From: Tubulanus polymorphus
Lineage: Eukaryota > Animalia > Nemertea
Length of the DNA stretch: 64,000 bases
Direction: 5' to 3'
Assembly (NCBI RefSeq): GCF_964204645.1
Contig: NC_134028.1
Coordinates: 15,941,653 to 16,005,652, forward strand
Shown piece by piece: positions 14,378-28,585 of the stretch. The stretch's first letter is position 1, and each line of letters starts with the position of its first letter. Position numbers and translations under genes: made by a program. Under the pieces are notes generated by a model, which saw only the letters and a program-made list of their open reading frames with translations, ran no database searches and was not told the DNA's origin.

Positions 14378-15082
14378 CAGGGGCAGATCTAGGATTTTTC
14401 AAGGGGGATGGCTGACAAGAAACGTAATGAAGAGACTGAAACTAGCTCGAATTTTGAAAAAGCCTCTGGGAAAATGGTGGAATTTGACAGTATTTGTGCG
14501 ATGGTTTCTGTGAAAATTATGACAACCTGCTGAGCCGTGGCCAGGATGAGGTGTTGATAATTTTGATGAGATTATTAGGGGAAGCAGGTCATTTTTCAAG
14601 TATTTGTCATGGTACTGTTTTGGGAAATTTTTGACACAGATTGGGAAAGAAGTCAAATAGTTATGATTGGGAAAATAATCGTTTATCGGATACATATACG
14701 GCCAAGCGGAATGGGTGGAGATACACTAACTCATCTACAACGGAATGGTCCGGTAAAGTAAGTGCAGATCCGCACCTCTCGTAAATGGTTCAATCAACTG
14801 TATTAAATATCACTGTTTCACAGTCAAAATGTCATCAGCAATTCAGTACATAAGTGTATTTTATGATATCTTCACCTGGAGATCTCAAACTCGTATTGCT
14901 CGTAGCATAGTACGGCGTCATATGATAGGTATATAATACAATAAAGTTGCAATGCTACTGTTATTTTTGATTCTGAGGCAGCTAATAACATTCTTATTTC
15001 ATCTTCTTAGAGGCTATTGACACGAAAAAGCCCCTCGTAGAAAATTTTTATCTCCTATTCACCCCCCTTAGATCTACCCCTG
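14378..15082. mobile_element. hAT-like MITE with 5-bp TSD
   Basis: TIRs CAGGGGCAGATCTA / TAGATCTACCCCTG; flanking ATAAT duplicated at 14373-14377 and 15083-15087. Confidence 0.8.
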
Positions 15083-16349
15083 ATAATTAATTACCTGTGA
15101 TTGAAATTGAAAATTTTACCAGTTTTGAAGATACTATGATAAAACTATGAACTTTCAGGTTTATCATTCATGGAACATCTGTGTTCTTTTATTCATATGA
15201 TGAGTGATCAGCCAGTTTCTCTAATAAAAACCTTTTCTTATTAACCACTGGGAATTTTATGTATACCGCATCTGATTAGGTCCTCAGGATTCTTTGTTTT
15301 AACATAAGATTACATAAGTGTAATATATCAGCAGGCCCTATTCTATGTGAGAGAGGAATTGTTTGATGTGCTTGAGTTCAGATTCTAAATATTAAGAGTG
15401 ATTGATCTCGTAGGCTCTAAGGAAGAGATTTGAAGCTACTCCAATTTTAATGTTCTGTTTCAAAGTAACGAAGATATATGTCGGCATGAGATTTGAGTGG
15501 GCTTCTGGACTTATGTACCCCAATATACAGTCCTATATATGCGACCCAGGTTGTGTATGTCCCTGGTTCCATATTGCGTATTGTGGCTTTTTTTCTTATC
15601 TATCCCTCTCCATTTGTAATTTGTGGTTGGAACATCTATATATACTGACCGAAATTCTTTGGCTTTGCGATAATGATGTGAGATATTTTCTAGCGTAAAG
15701 TCAGTTTTAGCTACGAGCAATCATGATTGCTTGAGGTTTTAGATATCTAGTCTAGAGGATGACATCCATTGATGTTATATACAGTTTGCCTAGCAGACTT
15801 TCTTTTCTCAAATACAACAGCTTTACTTTTACTGATATAAATCACCAATTTCAACCTTTTACAATAAGTAATAGCATATCAAGGTCGTTATTGTTCATGA
15901 AAGCTGTTGTAAATCAAATATTGAATTGTGGTCATGGGAATTTGGCATTATCTACCTCAAGTAATCAAAACCATCTTAATAATTGTAATTTTGTAGTTTC
16001 CATTAAGAAAAATATTTTATATTGAATATACGTACATTTATATGGATTGTTTATCCATAATGATATATGAAACATAAATCGATCTCACTTGAAATAGAAA
16101 TGGCGACAAGAACGACTGTGTCCAATAAGAGATGTTTGCATGATCAGTCAGTACTCAGGTTTTATTATGACGCCAAAAAAATTACTCCTTGTTGAGCTTA
16201 AAAGTTGACCCACCCATCTACCCTGTACATTACTTTAAAAAAAATCATGATCAAGCTAAGCACAACAGACCCAGCCCTGAAATGAACTGATTGCAAATTT
16301 TATTGCAGTTTTCAAAAGTGCTTACCCACATGTTAACATGGTTTAGCAT

Positions 16350-19300
16350 GAATCGAATAACCGATTTCCTTGTCATCCAAAATGGATAAGACAAACTATT
16401 TATCTAGATTACTGTATAAATCTAATACCTGTTGAGGCTTATATATGATGTTCTACATTTTTGATGTGTATATGATATAAAACTTCATGCAAACTAATAC
16501 AGACCTAATGTGAAGTAGAATTATTAGGTAAGAGATCAAACATTTGTTATGAGTAGTCAGTTGCAGCGCTTTGATAAAAGTTGTGGCAACAATCACTCAA
16601 TAAATCATGAGACCACTAGTTATGATTTCAGTTAAAGTATCCTATAAAATGCTATAATTTTTCACATTTTATTACTCTTTCTTATTGAAAAGATTTGACG
16701 ACTGGATTTTCCTGGACACAACAATCTATAGTAAATCTAGGTTATTTTCAAATCAAGTAAAGAGGACGAATATTCTGTGGCCAGCACATTTGACAGATTT
16801 TAAGATCAATAAACATCATTCTACTTATATTGAAATGATATTGAATTTGAAAACTATATTTATCAGTTTGATGGTGATTAGGTGACCAGTTAACTTTAAT
16901 TAAATTCATACCGCCGAGACTCAGAATTTAGAATGGACCTGGGATGTTTCTGTCCACGCACACAGATTCAGTCCGTTCTAAATATTTGATCATTTAGTCT
17001 AAATTGGTTTGGTTTAAAATGAAACTGGCCCATTCGGAAGAGATGTTTCACTTAAGTGAATGCTTGGTCTCTTCATGGACTAAAACATTTTAGAGTCCAT
17101 GGTCTGTTCAGTGAGGTCAAATTTAGACCCTTCTAAAACTATTGTGAATGTGGCTTATAAAACCAACTGGAGAAATGTATGATCTTTTCTATATTGACCC
17201 TGTTAAACTTTCATACATCCATAGACCTAATGAAACTTAATCAGTATGTTAACTTTTTATGGTTTTTCAACCAGGGATATTAACAGAATATCAATATTTT
17301 AATAATAGTTATTATCTATGAATACTCAATGAAGACATCTAGAATATACAATCTGGGTGGGGATTTATTACTTTGTAACTTTTAGGACTGATTCATGTGA
17401 ATACAGATCTTTAATGAAGCTTCAAGTTGCAAGAAATTCTGTTCACATTTTATAATCAGGTTTGGAAAGGTTCTGCTTCAATTCAAAGTGAAGTTGTTTT
17501 GTTATTTGTCGAAACAAATTGATGTTGAGACAAACTGTTCTGTGAACCTATGATCATGGTGATAAAATCTCATTGGGGGCAAATCTATATAATTACTGGG
17601 TCAAAGACAAACATTCCCACAAGACAGTATTAGTTATATAGTACCACACAACAGCATATTGCTCACACATATGCAGACACATTCTACTGCCAGAAAGTGG
17701 AATGAATCTCCTGGGATTTTGAGGATTTAAATTGGGGACTCAAATGAATTAATATCTCCTCTACGATGAACTATAGTCCTCTGTGTACATGCATATTTGT
17801 GACTTAACAACAAAAACTCTAGAGTTCATGCAAACTGGTTATTAACTGACTATTAAGAACAATATTTTCCCTTTTAATTAAAGTATGTATTTTGAGGATT
17901 TGAATTGTTCTATTTTCCTTTCACATTTCTATGTGTAAGTAAGTATATATCCATATATCAAATGAAACGAAGGATTTAGAAATGAGGTTCCGTTTATATT
18001 GAATTAAAAGGATTTGTCATTGTTCCTTGCACTCAAAAATGTATAAGTCAAAATATCTATGTAACCATATAAATCTAATGAATGTTGAGGCATCTATTTG
18101 ATGTGTTTAACACTTCCCTACAAGTATATAATAAAGCTACATTTAATTTATAAGGAACGTTAAATTAGACTGATATATCATACTTTAAAGAAAGGATTTG
18201 TTGGATATCCTTGTCGCAAGGAAAATATATGACAAGATATCTACATAAAAGTTTAAATCTAATCTGTGTTCAAGCGTTTATCTGATACTATCCTACATGT
18301 AAATGACAAATTTCTATTCAATTTAATATAATATGAAGCAGAAGTATTCCCAAATAGGGGGTCAAACATTTGTTCTGGGTAGTCTGTTTGTGGAAACAGT
18401 CACTCCTCAAATGAAAGATCAGATTAACCCTATTATTTCAAAAAGAATTATCCGATAGAATGCTATTACTTGTAAATGATTCATCAGGGTAATAAAATGT
18501 TCTGAATTCAATCACCTGTCTATAAAACAAACTACAAAAATTTAAGAAACCTATCATCTCAATATGAGATTGTTTAAATTCTGAGAGCTTTCCAAGTAGG
18601 AGTACAATTGGAATAACAAAATTGATTTTATTTTATTTCATTTCATTTTTCTCTCTATAAATATACTCTATTAAGGCATCTCAAGAATATACGATTTTGA
18701 TGGTCATTATTATACCTGAAAAATACTTGTGTCTTATCCAACGACCTGTGCAACTCTAGGACCGATAATCTAAATACAGTTTCTATGAATACTATACAAA
18801 CTTCAATCCAAGAAATTCTATTTGCTTTAAATGATCAGATTCTCTCTTCAGTATCTCAAAAATTTACAATTTGTATGGGTATGAGTTACCCTTGGGAAAA
18901 CTTATCTTTTATCCAAGGACCTGTGCAACTCATGGACGGATATATCTGAATACAGTTTTCTTGAATAATGTGTGAACTCCAACGGTTCAAACAATTCTCT
19001 TCATATTGAGTGATCAGATTTTGATATAAGGTGTTGCTCCTATTCAAAGAAAAGGATCTGTTTTATTTTGTTGTCTTAAAAAATGTATATGACAAAATAT
19101 TTACATAACCGTATGAATCTAATTCATGTTCAGGCTTATATGATCTGTTTGACAATTACCTACATGTACATGATAAGTTTACATTCAATTTGATATAATT
19201 ATAATAGAAGATAATTGAAGTAGAAGTATTTCCCAATAGGTGGTCAAACATTTGTTCTGAGTATAGTCAGTTGCAGCGCTTTTATAAAGTTCGTGGAAAC

Positions 19301-19490
19301 AGTCATTCCTTAAATAAAAGATAAGATTTACCCCATGATTTCAATTGAAATTAACCAATAGAATGCTATAAATTTTAACATTGTGTCATTCTTTCTAAGG
19401 AAAATGTTTCATCAGCATAATAAGTTGTGTTAAACTTAATTAAAACTAACTTCACAAAAATCATAGCATTTTCTTTTACAGACTCCATTT
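16350..19490 (+). repeat. Old, diverged copies of the ~745-bp satellite unit
   Basis: Recurrent gaagtagaa..att...ggtcaaacatttgtt and atccaaggacctgtgcaact motifs shared with 22340-24581. Confidence 0.7.
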
Positions 19491-19499
19491 GTCCATTTG

Positions 19500-21950
19500 T
19501 ACCTTAATAGTGGCCATAGGACTCTGAAACATCTCAGGCTGTTAGGGAAAGGTTAAATCTAAGTGTACAAAGTTTAAAAAGGGCCTTAGACCCTTGGTTG
19601 CGGAGCCAGAAACTTTGTTGCGCGGCCATACCAGGGCCCTCACGCTGCCATGCAACCACTTTTCCAGGTGTCGGAGGACCCTTTAGAGAGTACCCTTTTT
19701 TGACTCTGAAATTTCTCGGGTATTAAGAAGGGGTCCTATTGTACGTACAGAACTATTAAAACCTTTGGCCGGGGGACCGTTGAGCCTATGCGTCCCTGCC
19801 CAAACCATGAAAATGAGTGTCGGAGCTCGAGAGCTAAAAAGCTACCCCCTTCTAACTTCTCGGGTGACCCTTTAGAAAATTCTTAGCACCCTCCAATATT
19901 TTTTTAGTTAGGGGAGATCTTATTTAAGGGTACAGGGCTTAAAAAGTACCCTTGACTTATTGGCAGAGCAGAAAAATTTTCCGGGGATGCGTTCCACCCT
20001 TTAGAGAGGGCCTAGGGCTCTAAAACTTCTCGCGTATTTAGACGGGGTCCTATCGTACATATAGAACCATTAAAAGCCTGGGGCGGGGGACTGTTGAGCC
20101 TAGGCACCCCATGCCCAAACTGCCAAAATGAGTGTAGCAGATAGTTGAAAATACACTAAGATGATCCCGGAAAAGCGATGCCCTTCTAACTAATCAGGTG
20201 ACCCTTTATAGTGGCCCTAGGGCTCTGCAACTTATTAGGCACCTAGAAGAGGGTTTAATCTAAATGGGCAAAGCTTAAAAAAAGGCCCTAGACCCTTTGT
20301 TGCGGAGCTAGAAACTTTGTTGCCCTGCCATACCAGGGGTCTCTGGCCGCCGCAGGCCCACGTTTGGGGTGGTCAGAGGAATCTTTAGAGATGGCTCTGA
20401 AACTTCTCGGGTATTTAGAAGGGTCCTATAATACGGAACCATTAAAATCTTGGGGCCGTGGGTCCGTTAAGCCTAGGCACCCAAACGGCGAAAATGAGGG
20501 TTGCAGACTGAAAATACACTTCATTAAGGCCTGAAGGGGACTCACTTAGGGGAAGGTCTAATCGAAGTGTGCAAAGCTTAAAAAAGGCCCTTAGACCATG
20601 GGTTGCGAAGCCAGACACGTCGTGCGGCCATACCAGGGGTCTCTGGCAGCCACACAACCACATTTCGGGGGGGGTCGGAGGACCCTGTAGAGAGGGCCTA
20701 GGGTTCTGAAACTTCTCGGATATTTAGAAGGGGTTTAGTAAGTATAGTACCATTAAAACCCTTGGCCGGGGGTCTGTTGAGAATATTTTGCTGGGGTCCG
20801 ATGCACCTAGTCGTCCCCTGCCCAAACTGCGAGAATGAGTGTCGGAGATAGACTGAAAATACACTACATTGAGACCTGAAAAGCCACCCCCTTCTTACTT
20901 CTTAGGTGACCTTAATAATGAACCTAGGGATCCGAAACTTCTTATGCGCCTAGGGGAGTGTCTATTATAAATGTGCAAAGCTTAAAAAAGGGCCTTAGAC
21001 CCTTGGTTGTGGGGTGAGAAACTTTGTCACGCAGCCATACCAGGGGTCTCTGGCAGCCGCACAACCACATTGTGGGGGGTCGGAGGGCCCTTTAGAGAAG
21101 GCCTAGGGCTCTGAACCTTCTCCGGTATTTAGAAGGGGTCCTATAATATGAATAGAACCTTTAAAACCCTGGGCCGCGGGTCTTTTGAGCCTAGGCGCCC
21201 CCTGCCCAAACTGCGAAAATGAGTTTTTCGAGATTAAGAGCTGAAAAGGGACCCCCTTCTAACTTCTCGGGTGACCCTTTAGAAAGCTCTTAGCACACTC
21301 AAATTTTTTAGACAGAGGAGGATCGAATCTAAGTGCGCAAATCATTAAAAAGGGCCCTAGACCCTTGGTTGTGGAGCGAGAAACTTTGTCGCGCGGCCAT
21401 ACCAGTGGTCTCTGGCCGCAGCACACGACCACGAAAAGCGAACCCCTTCTAACTTCTCGGCCGACTTTGTAGAAAGCTCTTAGCACCCTACAATATTTTT
21501 TTAGATAGGGGATGGTCTTATCTAAGTGTACGAGGCTTAGAAAATGACCCTAGACTCTTATTTACGGAGCAGAATTTTTTGCTGGGGTCCGATGAGCCTA
21601 GTCATCCCCTACCCAAACTGTGAAAATGACTGTTTGAGATAGTTGAAAATACACAATACAACAATACAACAAAAGTTGTGACCTGAAAAGTGACCCCCTT
21701 CTTACTTCTCAGGCGACCCTCTAGGGTTCTGAAATTTCTCAGGTATTTAAAAGGGGTCCTAAGGTAAGTATAGAACCATTAAAACCCTTGGGCTGGGGGT
21801 CCGTTTAGCCTAGGCGCCTCTTGCCAAAACCTCATAAATGAGTGTCAGCGATAGTTGAAAATACATAAGTTGAGACCTGAAAATTGACCCCCATCTAACT
21901 TCTCTGGCGACCCTTGGCAGGCAAATAAGTTAGGCTCTTATCTAAGTGTG
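19500..21950 (+). repeat. GC-richer complex tandem repeat made of shuffled modules
   Basis: Modules such as agacccttggttg..gaaactttg..ggccataccagggg recur at ~19590, 20290, 20590, 21000, 21360; cccttctaacttctc..gtgaccc recurs between them. Confidence 0.8.
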
Positions 21951-22339
21951 AAAATGCACGCACAACCTTCCATTGAGTAGCAGCGCCCCCTATATTTTTG
22001 GTTAAATAAGTAAAATAGGGACTTCAAACAAACTTTTAACGAGTACGACGACTTGAAGAATGTAAAAAAGAGTCGAAATAGCGTCTGCAAAACGGGTTTA
22101 TCTGAAAACCGGACATATTTATTAGCTTAAGAAATTTTTGAAAAACTTTGAAAAGCAATGTTGGCCTTTGGTTCCCTAGTCATTTTCTTATTATAGCGAT
22201 AATAACTAAACTAGGGCTAAACTGGATTATTCTTTTCAATCGTTCTTCTCCTATCATAAGTTTTCATTTGACACCGAGTTTTAAAGTTAAACTTCAAAAA
22301 TAAAAAGTTATGGACGTTTTTGTGATTTAAAAATTCAAT

Positions 22340-24581
22340 TATTTGTCTATGAAACTAATTTCACAAAAATCATAGAATTTACTTGTACAAAATCATTTTG
22401 TCCATAGACCTTGTGCAACTTTATGAAATTGCTTAATATATATGAGGGCATTACAATTTGGATTGTTTTTGAATATCGGAATTAATTTCATTTTATTGCA
22501 ATTCTTTTATATAGATATACTCTACTAATGTATCTCTAACAATACAATTTGTATGGGTATGAGTTACCCTTAATCAAAACTTAGTTTTTATCCAAGGACC
22601 TGTGCAACTTTGGGAAGGGAATACAGTTTTCCAGAATAATATTCAAACTCGAACAGTTCAAACAATTCTCTTCATATTGAGTGGCCAGATTTTGATATTA
22701 GGTGTTGCATCTATTCATAGAAAAAGATATGTCTTATTTCGATGTCTTAAAAGATGTATAAGAAAAATTTTTACATAACCGTATGAATCTTATGCGTTTT
22801 CTGGCTTCTATTTGATCTGTTCGAAACTTACCTACAGGTACGTAAAAAATTTTAATTCAATTTGATATAATTTGAAGTAGAAGTATTCCCAGATAGGTGG
22901 TCAAACATTTTTTCTGAGTATAGTCAGATGCAATGCTTATATCAAGTTCGTGGAAATAGTTACTCATCATATAAAAAATAAAGATTTACCCCATGATTTC
23001 AATCAAAATCAACCAATAGAATTCTAGAACTTTTGACATTGTTTTACTCTTTCTAACGAAAATCATTCATCAGGGTAATAAGTTGTTTTGAATTTAGTTA
23101 TTTGTCTTTAAAACTAACTTCACTAAAATCATAGAATTTTCTTGTATGAAATCAATTTGTCCATAGACCTTGTGCAACTTTATGAAATTGCTTAATTTCT
23201 GAGGATTGTTATGAAAATATCGGAATTAATTTCATTTTATTGCAATTCTTTTGTATCAATATCCCCTACTAAGGTATCTCTAACAATACAATTTGTATGG
23301 GTATGAGTTACCCTTAATCAAAACTTAGTTTTTATCCAAGGACCTGTGCAACTTTGGGAAGGGAATACAGTTTTCCTGAATAATATTCAAACTCGAACAG
23401 TTCAAATTATTCTCTTCATATTGAGTGGCCAGATATTTATATTAGGTGTTGCATCTATTCATAGAAAAAGATATGTCTTACTTCGATGTCTTAAAAGATG
23501 TATAAGAAAAATTTCTACATAACCGTATGAATCTTATGCGTTTTCTGGCTTCTATTTGATCTGTTCGAAACTTACCTACAGGTACGTAAAAAATTTTAAT
23601 TCAATTTGATATAATTTGAAGTAGAAGTATTCCCAGATAGGTGGTCAAACATTTGTTCTGAGTATATTCAGTTGCAATGCTTATATCAAGTTCGTGGAAA
23701 TAGTTACTCATCATATAAAAAATAAAGATTTACCCCATGATTTCAATCAAAATCAACCAATAGGATTCTAGAACTTTTGACATTGTTTTACTCTTTCTAA
23801 CGAAAATCATTCATCAGGGTAATAAGTTGTTTTGAATTTAGTTATTTGTCTTTAAAACTAACTTCACTTAAATCGTAGAATTTTCTTGTATGAAATCATT
23901 TTGTCCATAGACCTTGTGCAACTTTATGAAATTGCTTAATTTCTGGGGATTGTTATGAAAATATCGGAATTAATTTCATTTTATTGCAATTCTTTTGTAT
24001 CAATATCCCCTACTAAGGTATCTCTAACAATACAATTTGTATGGGTATGAGTTACCCTTAATCAAAACTTAGTTTTTATCCAAGGACCTGTGCAACTTTG
24101 GGAAGGGAATACAGTTTTCCTGAATAATATTCAAACTCGAACAGTTCAAATTATTCTCTTCATATTGAGTGGCCAGATTTTGATATTAGGTGTTGCATCT
24201 ATTCATAGAAAAAGATATGTCTTATTTCGATGTCTTAAAAGATGTATAAGAAAAATTTCTACATAACCGTATGAATCTTATGCGTTTTCTGGCTTCTATT
24301 TGATCTGTTCGAAACTTACCTACAGGTACGTAAAAAATTTAAATTCAATTTGATATAATTTAAAGTAGAAGTATTCCCAGATAGGTGGTCAAACTTTTGT
24401 TCTGAGTATAGTCAGTTGCAATGCTTATATCAAGTTCGTGGAAACAGTCACTCGTCATAACGATAAGATTTACCCCACGATTTCAATCAAAATCAACCAA
24501 TAGGATTCTAGAACTTTTGACATTGTTTTACTCTTTCTAACGAAAATCATTCATCAGGGTAATAAGTTGTTTTGAATTTAG
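22340..24581 (+). repeat. Tandem satellite, three near-identical units of ~745-760 bp
   Basis: Unit anchor aaactaa(t/c)ttcac at ~22352, 23111 and 23855. Confidence 0.95.
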
Positions 24582-25914
24582 TATATATTTCATATTAGAT
24601 TTTATTTTATATATATTATATTCATCCCGAGTAAAAGCGACTTCATATGTATTAAATATATTTTCCATTTAAGAAATAAAATAATTTGTTCCAGCTAAAT
24701 AAATTTCTATATTAACTAATGAGTTCAAAACTAAATTTTTAGATGTAATATTTTTATTAAAATCTACTGTAGGAATATTATATTTAATTGATTTATTATA
24801 TTGGAAAGCTATTGGAAACCCCATTTATATAATAAAAAAATTAATAATTAATTAATTCTTTAAATAATTTATCTTGTTCTTCCTAATTTTTTTTTAAATT
24901 TATCTATTTCTTTTATATTAGATTTAATTTTTTCTTTATTAGCATTGGTTGACGTCTATGACGTCATGCCAATGCTAGTAAAATGGATCGAAAATAGTAG
25001 TACGAAAAAATAGCGTCGACTCTTCTCATTTTCATAGTAACTTCAAATTGTCACTCCGTTCACGTAAAACATTAGAAACAGCTGAAAATGACTAAAAAAA
25101 ATGTTTCAATTATTCCCCACAACATAGCGTCGCCAGGTTTCTGATTTAATGGCCCAAAAAGTTATTCGATCGCATTTTTCTCGTTAATTATCTGGTAGAT
25201 GAGAGCAGATTAAACAATCGCGTAGCGATATGTCCGCATTGACATTGGCAGTAAAGAATGGGGAAAACCCTCTTCTGAATAGAAAAACATAAATAATGTA
25301 CCTCCGGTTTATAAATATCACAGTGTTTGGATATAACTGTTATTCCAACTATCAGTATCTATGGGATTATTTGGGATTAATTCTCAGCGTCAGAATATGT
25401 ATTTCTAGAGCAGTGGAACGGCAGCCTACTCGTGACCGAAACCCGTATGTGATCGTGCGGGAACGCCTTTACTAAAGTTAAAACCATTTCATGATGACAC
25501 GAAATGGTTAACGGTAGGCTACCACCATGATACGATATCACCAATAAAGATAGATCATTTTATTCAATTTTACCAGAGTTGTTTATTGGAGGAAAATATT
25601 ATTGTTAAGCACGCCGAGAACAACCATGTTGTATTATCAATCAGTTGACTGACATTGTAAAATTCGATTCGGCTATATTCTAATATAAGTTTTCTTTTTA
25701 GGACGCCCTACCCGCCTGCTGCGCACTCATAAGGCGGTAGCACCCTCTTACGCACTCGGCAGAGATTCGCTTTGTAATGCTCGCCGTGAAAAAATACCTT
25801 TTAATTTTTTTCCATGCGTTAAACAACAGTGATTGAATTTACGCGTTGTTTGTCGTAAATTGCAATATTGCGATGTTTATTTGCCGCTGCTGTAGTTTTT
25901 TGGAATTGAATCGA

Positions 25915-26139
25915 GCGGCCTCGGTAGCTCAGTGAGATAAGGCGTGATGCTATTGAATCCACTATCAATGCTGAGTTACAAGTGGGTTCGAGTCCTGCTG
26001 GCTGCGAACAGTGTGCGGGCAACACTTCAAAGGCTGTACCGTCGTGAGGTTAAATGAACAATCCAATAGGAATAGTCTTGGGAAACCAAGATCCAAACGA
26101 CGTACATAAAGCCAAACAAACAGAAAGACAAACAAACAA
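25915..26139 (+). mobile_element. tRNA-derived SINE
   Basis: A-box TAGCTCAGTGAG, B-box GGTTCGAGTCC (25985-25995), GCGGCC/GGCTGC stem, non-tRNA body, (AAAC)n-like tail. Confidence 0.75.
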
Positions 26140-28172
26140 TCATCAGCCGGCCTCAGTGACACCAACGCCGGCATCGCTCTCTGCAACGTTTTGCATGCGT
26201 ACATGCATCAGAGCTTGGAGCTCTTAAGATCAGAGGGTCTTGCAATTGCATTCAGAAATCGTTCTGTTTTTGTTTTCATTATTCAGTGGGGCCTAACAGT
26301 TCATGCGTAAAAATGGGTTTTTGTATCCAAATCTTGATTGATATAAATATCTTGGCTGGGACATGATGGAAAACATCCGAATAAACTAGTTTCGTCTTTT
26401 TAACAGAATCGCATTAATGAGGTTTAACAGTACAAATAGCCTAGGCTAAATCATTCGGCAGAAAATAAATTCATTTTCAGGAATAAAATCGTACTAGACA
26501 AATAGACCTTTAAGTCTGTGGTCCTCCCAATCAACATCGTCATAGAAGATTTGCCGGCAGATGTAAAACATTATAACCACATAATACCGCAGTATATTCT
26601 ACCAATGCTTCAAGGCCCATGGGCCTCTTGTTACTTTTTATATTTAATTTTGAACTTATTCCGCTTAAAACACTTGATGGTAATCCTAGCACACCAATTG
26701 ATATAGCTAAAGGTGTTAATGGTGAAAATATTGTAAAAAATGTAATCACCGAACTAATTGTAACTGAACCACTAATAATAAAATAATATATAATTTTGCT
26801 TTTTAAATATTTTTTGACGCCTTATAAAACGTTACCATTATGAAACCTAAACAATGTTAACCATTCAGCGTCATTTTACAAACGACAACCGTAAATCGAT
26901 GTGCAAAACGTCACAGGTTTATGTGTACACATACAAGCTATTTGGCAAAATAATATTGATAAAGATGTAGAATGGCTCCCTTTGATTATATAATGACGTC
27001 TATTTGAACGTCGAAATGTTATATTGCATTGAATATCATGAGAAGACGTATTGTAATAGTAAAGGATGTATGATTATATCAGGAGCGGCAGGCATAAATA
27101 GAAATGATAAGTAAATCGGATTATTCGGTTAAATGGCGGATGTATACACAATTTGGAAGTCTGATATAAAAGTCAGACCCTGACATGGGGATGCTAGTGG
27201 AATGACGAAGCTATCTACAATCTGAGTAGGGCCGGCGTGAATTTCATCGGCGGCTACAAGCGGTCTATATAAAAACGTGTTAACATATAATTTCAATATT
27301 CAAATGTTTTAGAAAATATGTTCGATATAAGGGGTATGCAAGTTTCATGAGATTAGCAATTTATAATAGTATAGCTGTCATATACGGCTCCGTGTCCATT
27401 GATGGCATGTGTATAAGGTGACAATTCAATTCAATACTTTATTGATCCTTATTACATTGAAATTCTGGGATAAAATTTAAAAAACTTACAAATCTTAAAA
27501 TAAGAAAATACAAAATACAAGACACACGGTTAATTCATACAGAATAACATGAATAAGTTCTTTAAATGACAATGTCTACTTCAACCCAGACTCAAGTCTA
27601 GGATATCGAGTGACAGCCAAACCGGGCCCCAGGACCGGGCCGGCTGGCTACACGATATGCTCAACGCCATGATGAAGCAAACATCCAAAGAACTCTTTCT
27701 TCAACCATGGAGGCAATGAAGTTGCAGACCAGCTTAGAGGCAAAAATGAATCGAAGTCGGTCACAAGTTGACAATTTTTTTAAAATTAGACCAGTTGAAG
27801 ACTGTATCATCTACCCAATCGCCAAATCTCATAATTCCCCAAATTTCTTAAAACTTCGATTTCAAATTTGCAATTCCACATTAGCTTCTCCCAGAAATTC
27901 TACATTTTTTCGCAGGCGTCAAATAATTTATTAAAGTTAATTTTCTTGTTTCTTTTGAACTTTTAAATCATTTTCAAATTCTAATATTTGTTTTCCTAGA
28001 TTTGATTATGGACGAAGACCATATAGGGATCGTCGCTGGTAAAAATTCTGCCATTCAGCGAACAACACCCGTAGTATCTCTACTGCTATGGATATAGTCC
28101 CATAATGCTGTATCGATATAGAACTGATAATCCAATTTGTGATCCATTTATTTAACAAAAAATAATATATGA

Positions 28173-28585
28173 TTAATTTGTAAATTTATATGCTACAAAT
28201 ATAACAATAACAGTTCCACCTAAAATCCAAATTATTTCATATTTCTTCTGTTCATTACTTGGTGTATAATAATCCGATATTGTAGGTTTATATAGATGTA
28301 ATTTTTCTTTATTTGTTACTGCATTATATAAACTCATTGCCTCATCGACTGACTTAAAATCTCTATGTGAAATATTTTAATTATATAATTCTTTATTAAT
28401 ATAATCCATATGATTTTGTCTTTTTCCTCTATATTCTTCTGCAGCTTTATTATATTTCTCTTATGTCTTTTTTGTTCTGATAATGAACCATTTTTATCAA
28501 TATGTTAAAATAAATAACCACCACCTGTAAATGCTAAAGCGTTAACAATTGCCGGTCCTATAATAGTTATAATTGCAGATGCCAT
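28173..28585 (-). pseudogene. Small viral protein with hydrophobic N-terminus, coiled-coil middle and C-terminal TM helix
   Basis: MASAIITIIGPAIVNALAFTGGGYLF...EQKRH...DFKSVDEAM...ISDYYTPSNEQKKYEIIWILGGTVIVIFVAYKFTN*; frameshifts and a stop. Confidence 0.7.

Noticed and set aside
25915-26007. tRNA gene
   Set aside because: A and B boxes present but no proper anticodon arm, and it continues into a SINE body with an (AAAC)n tail.
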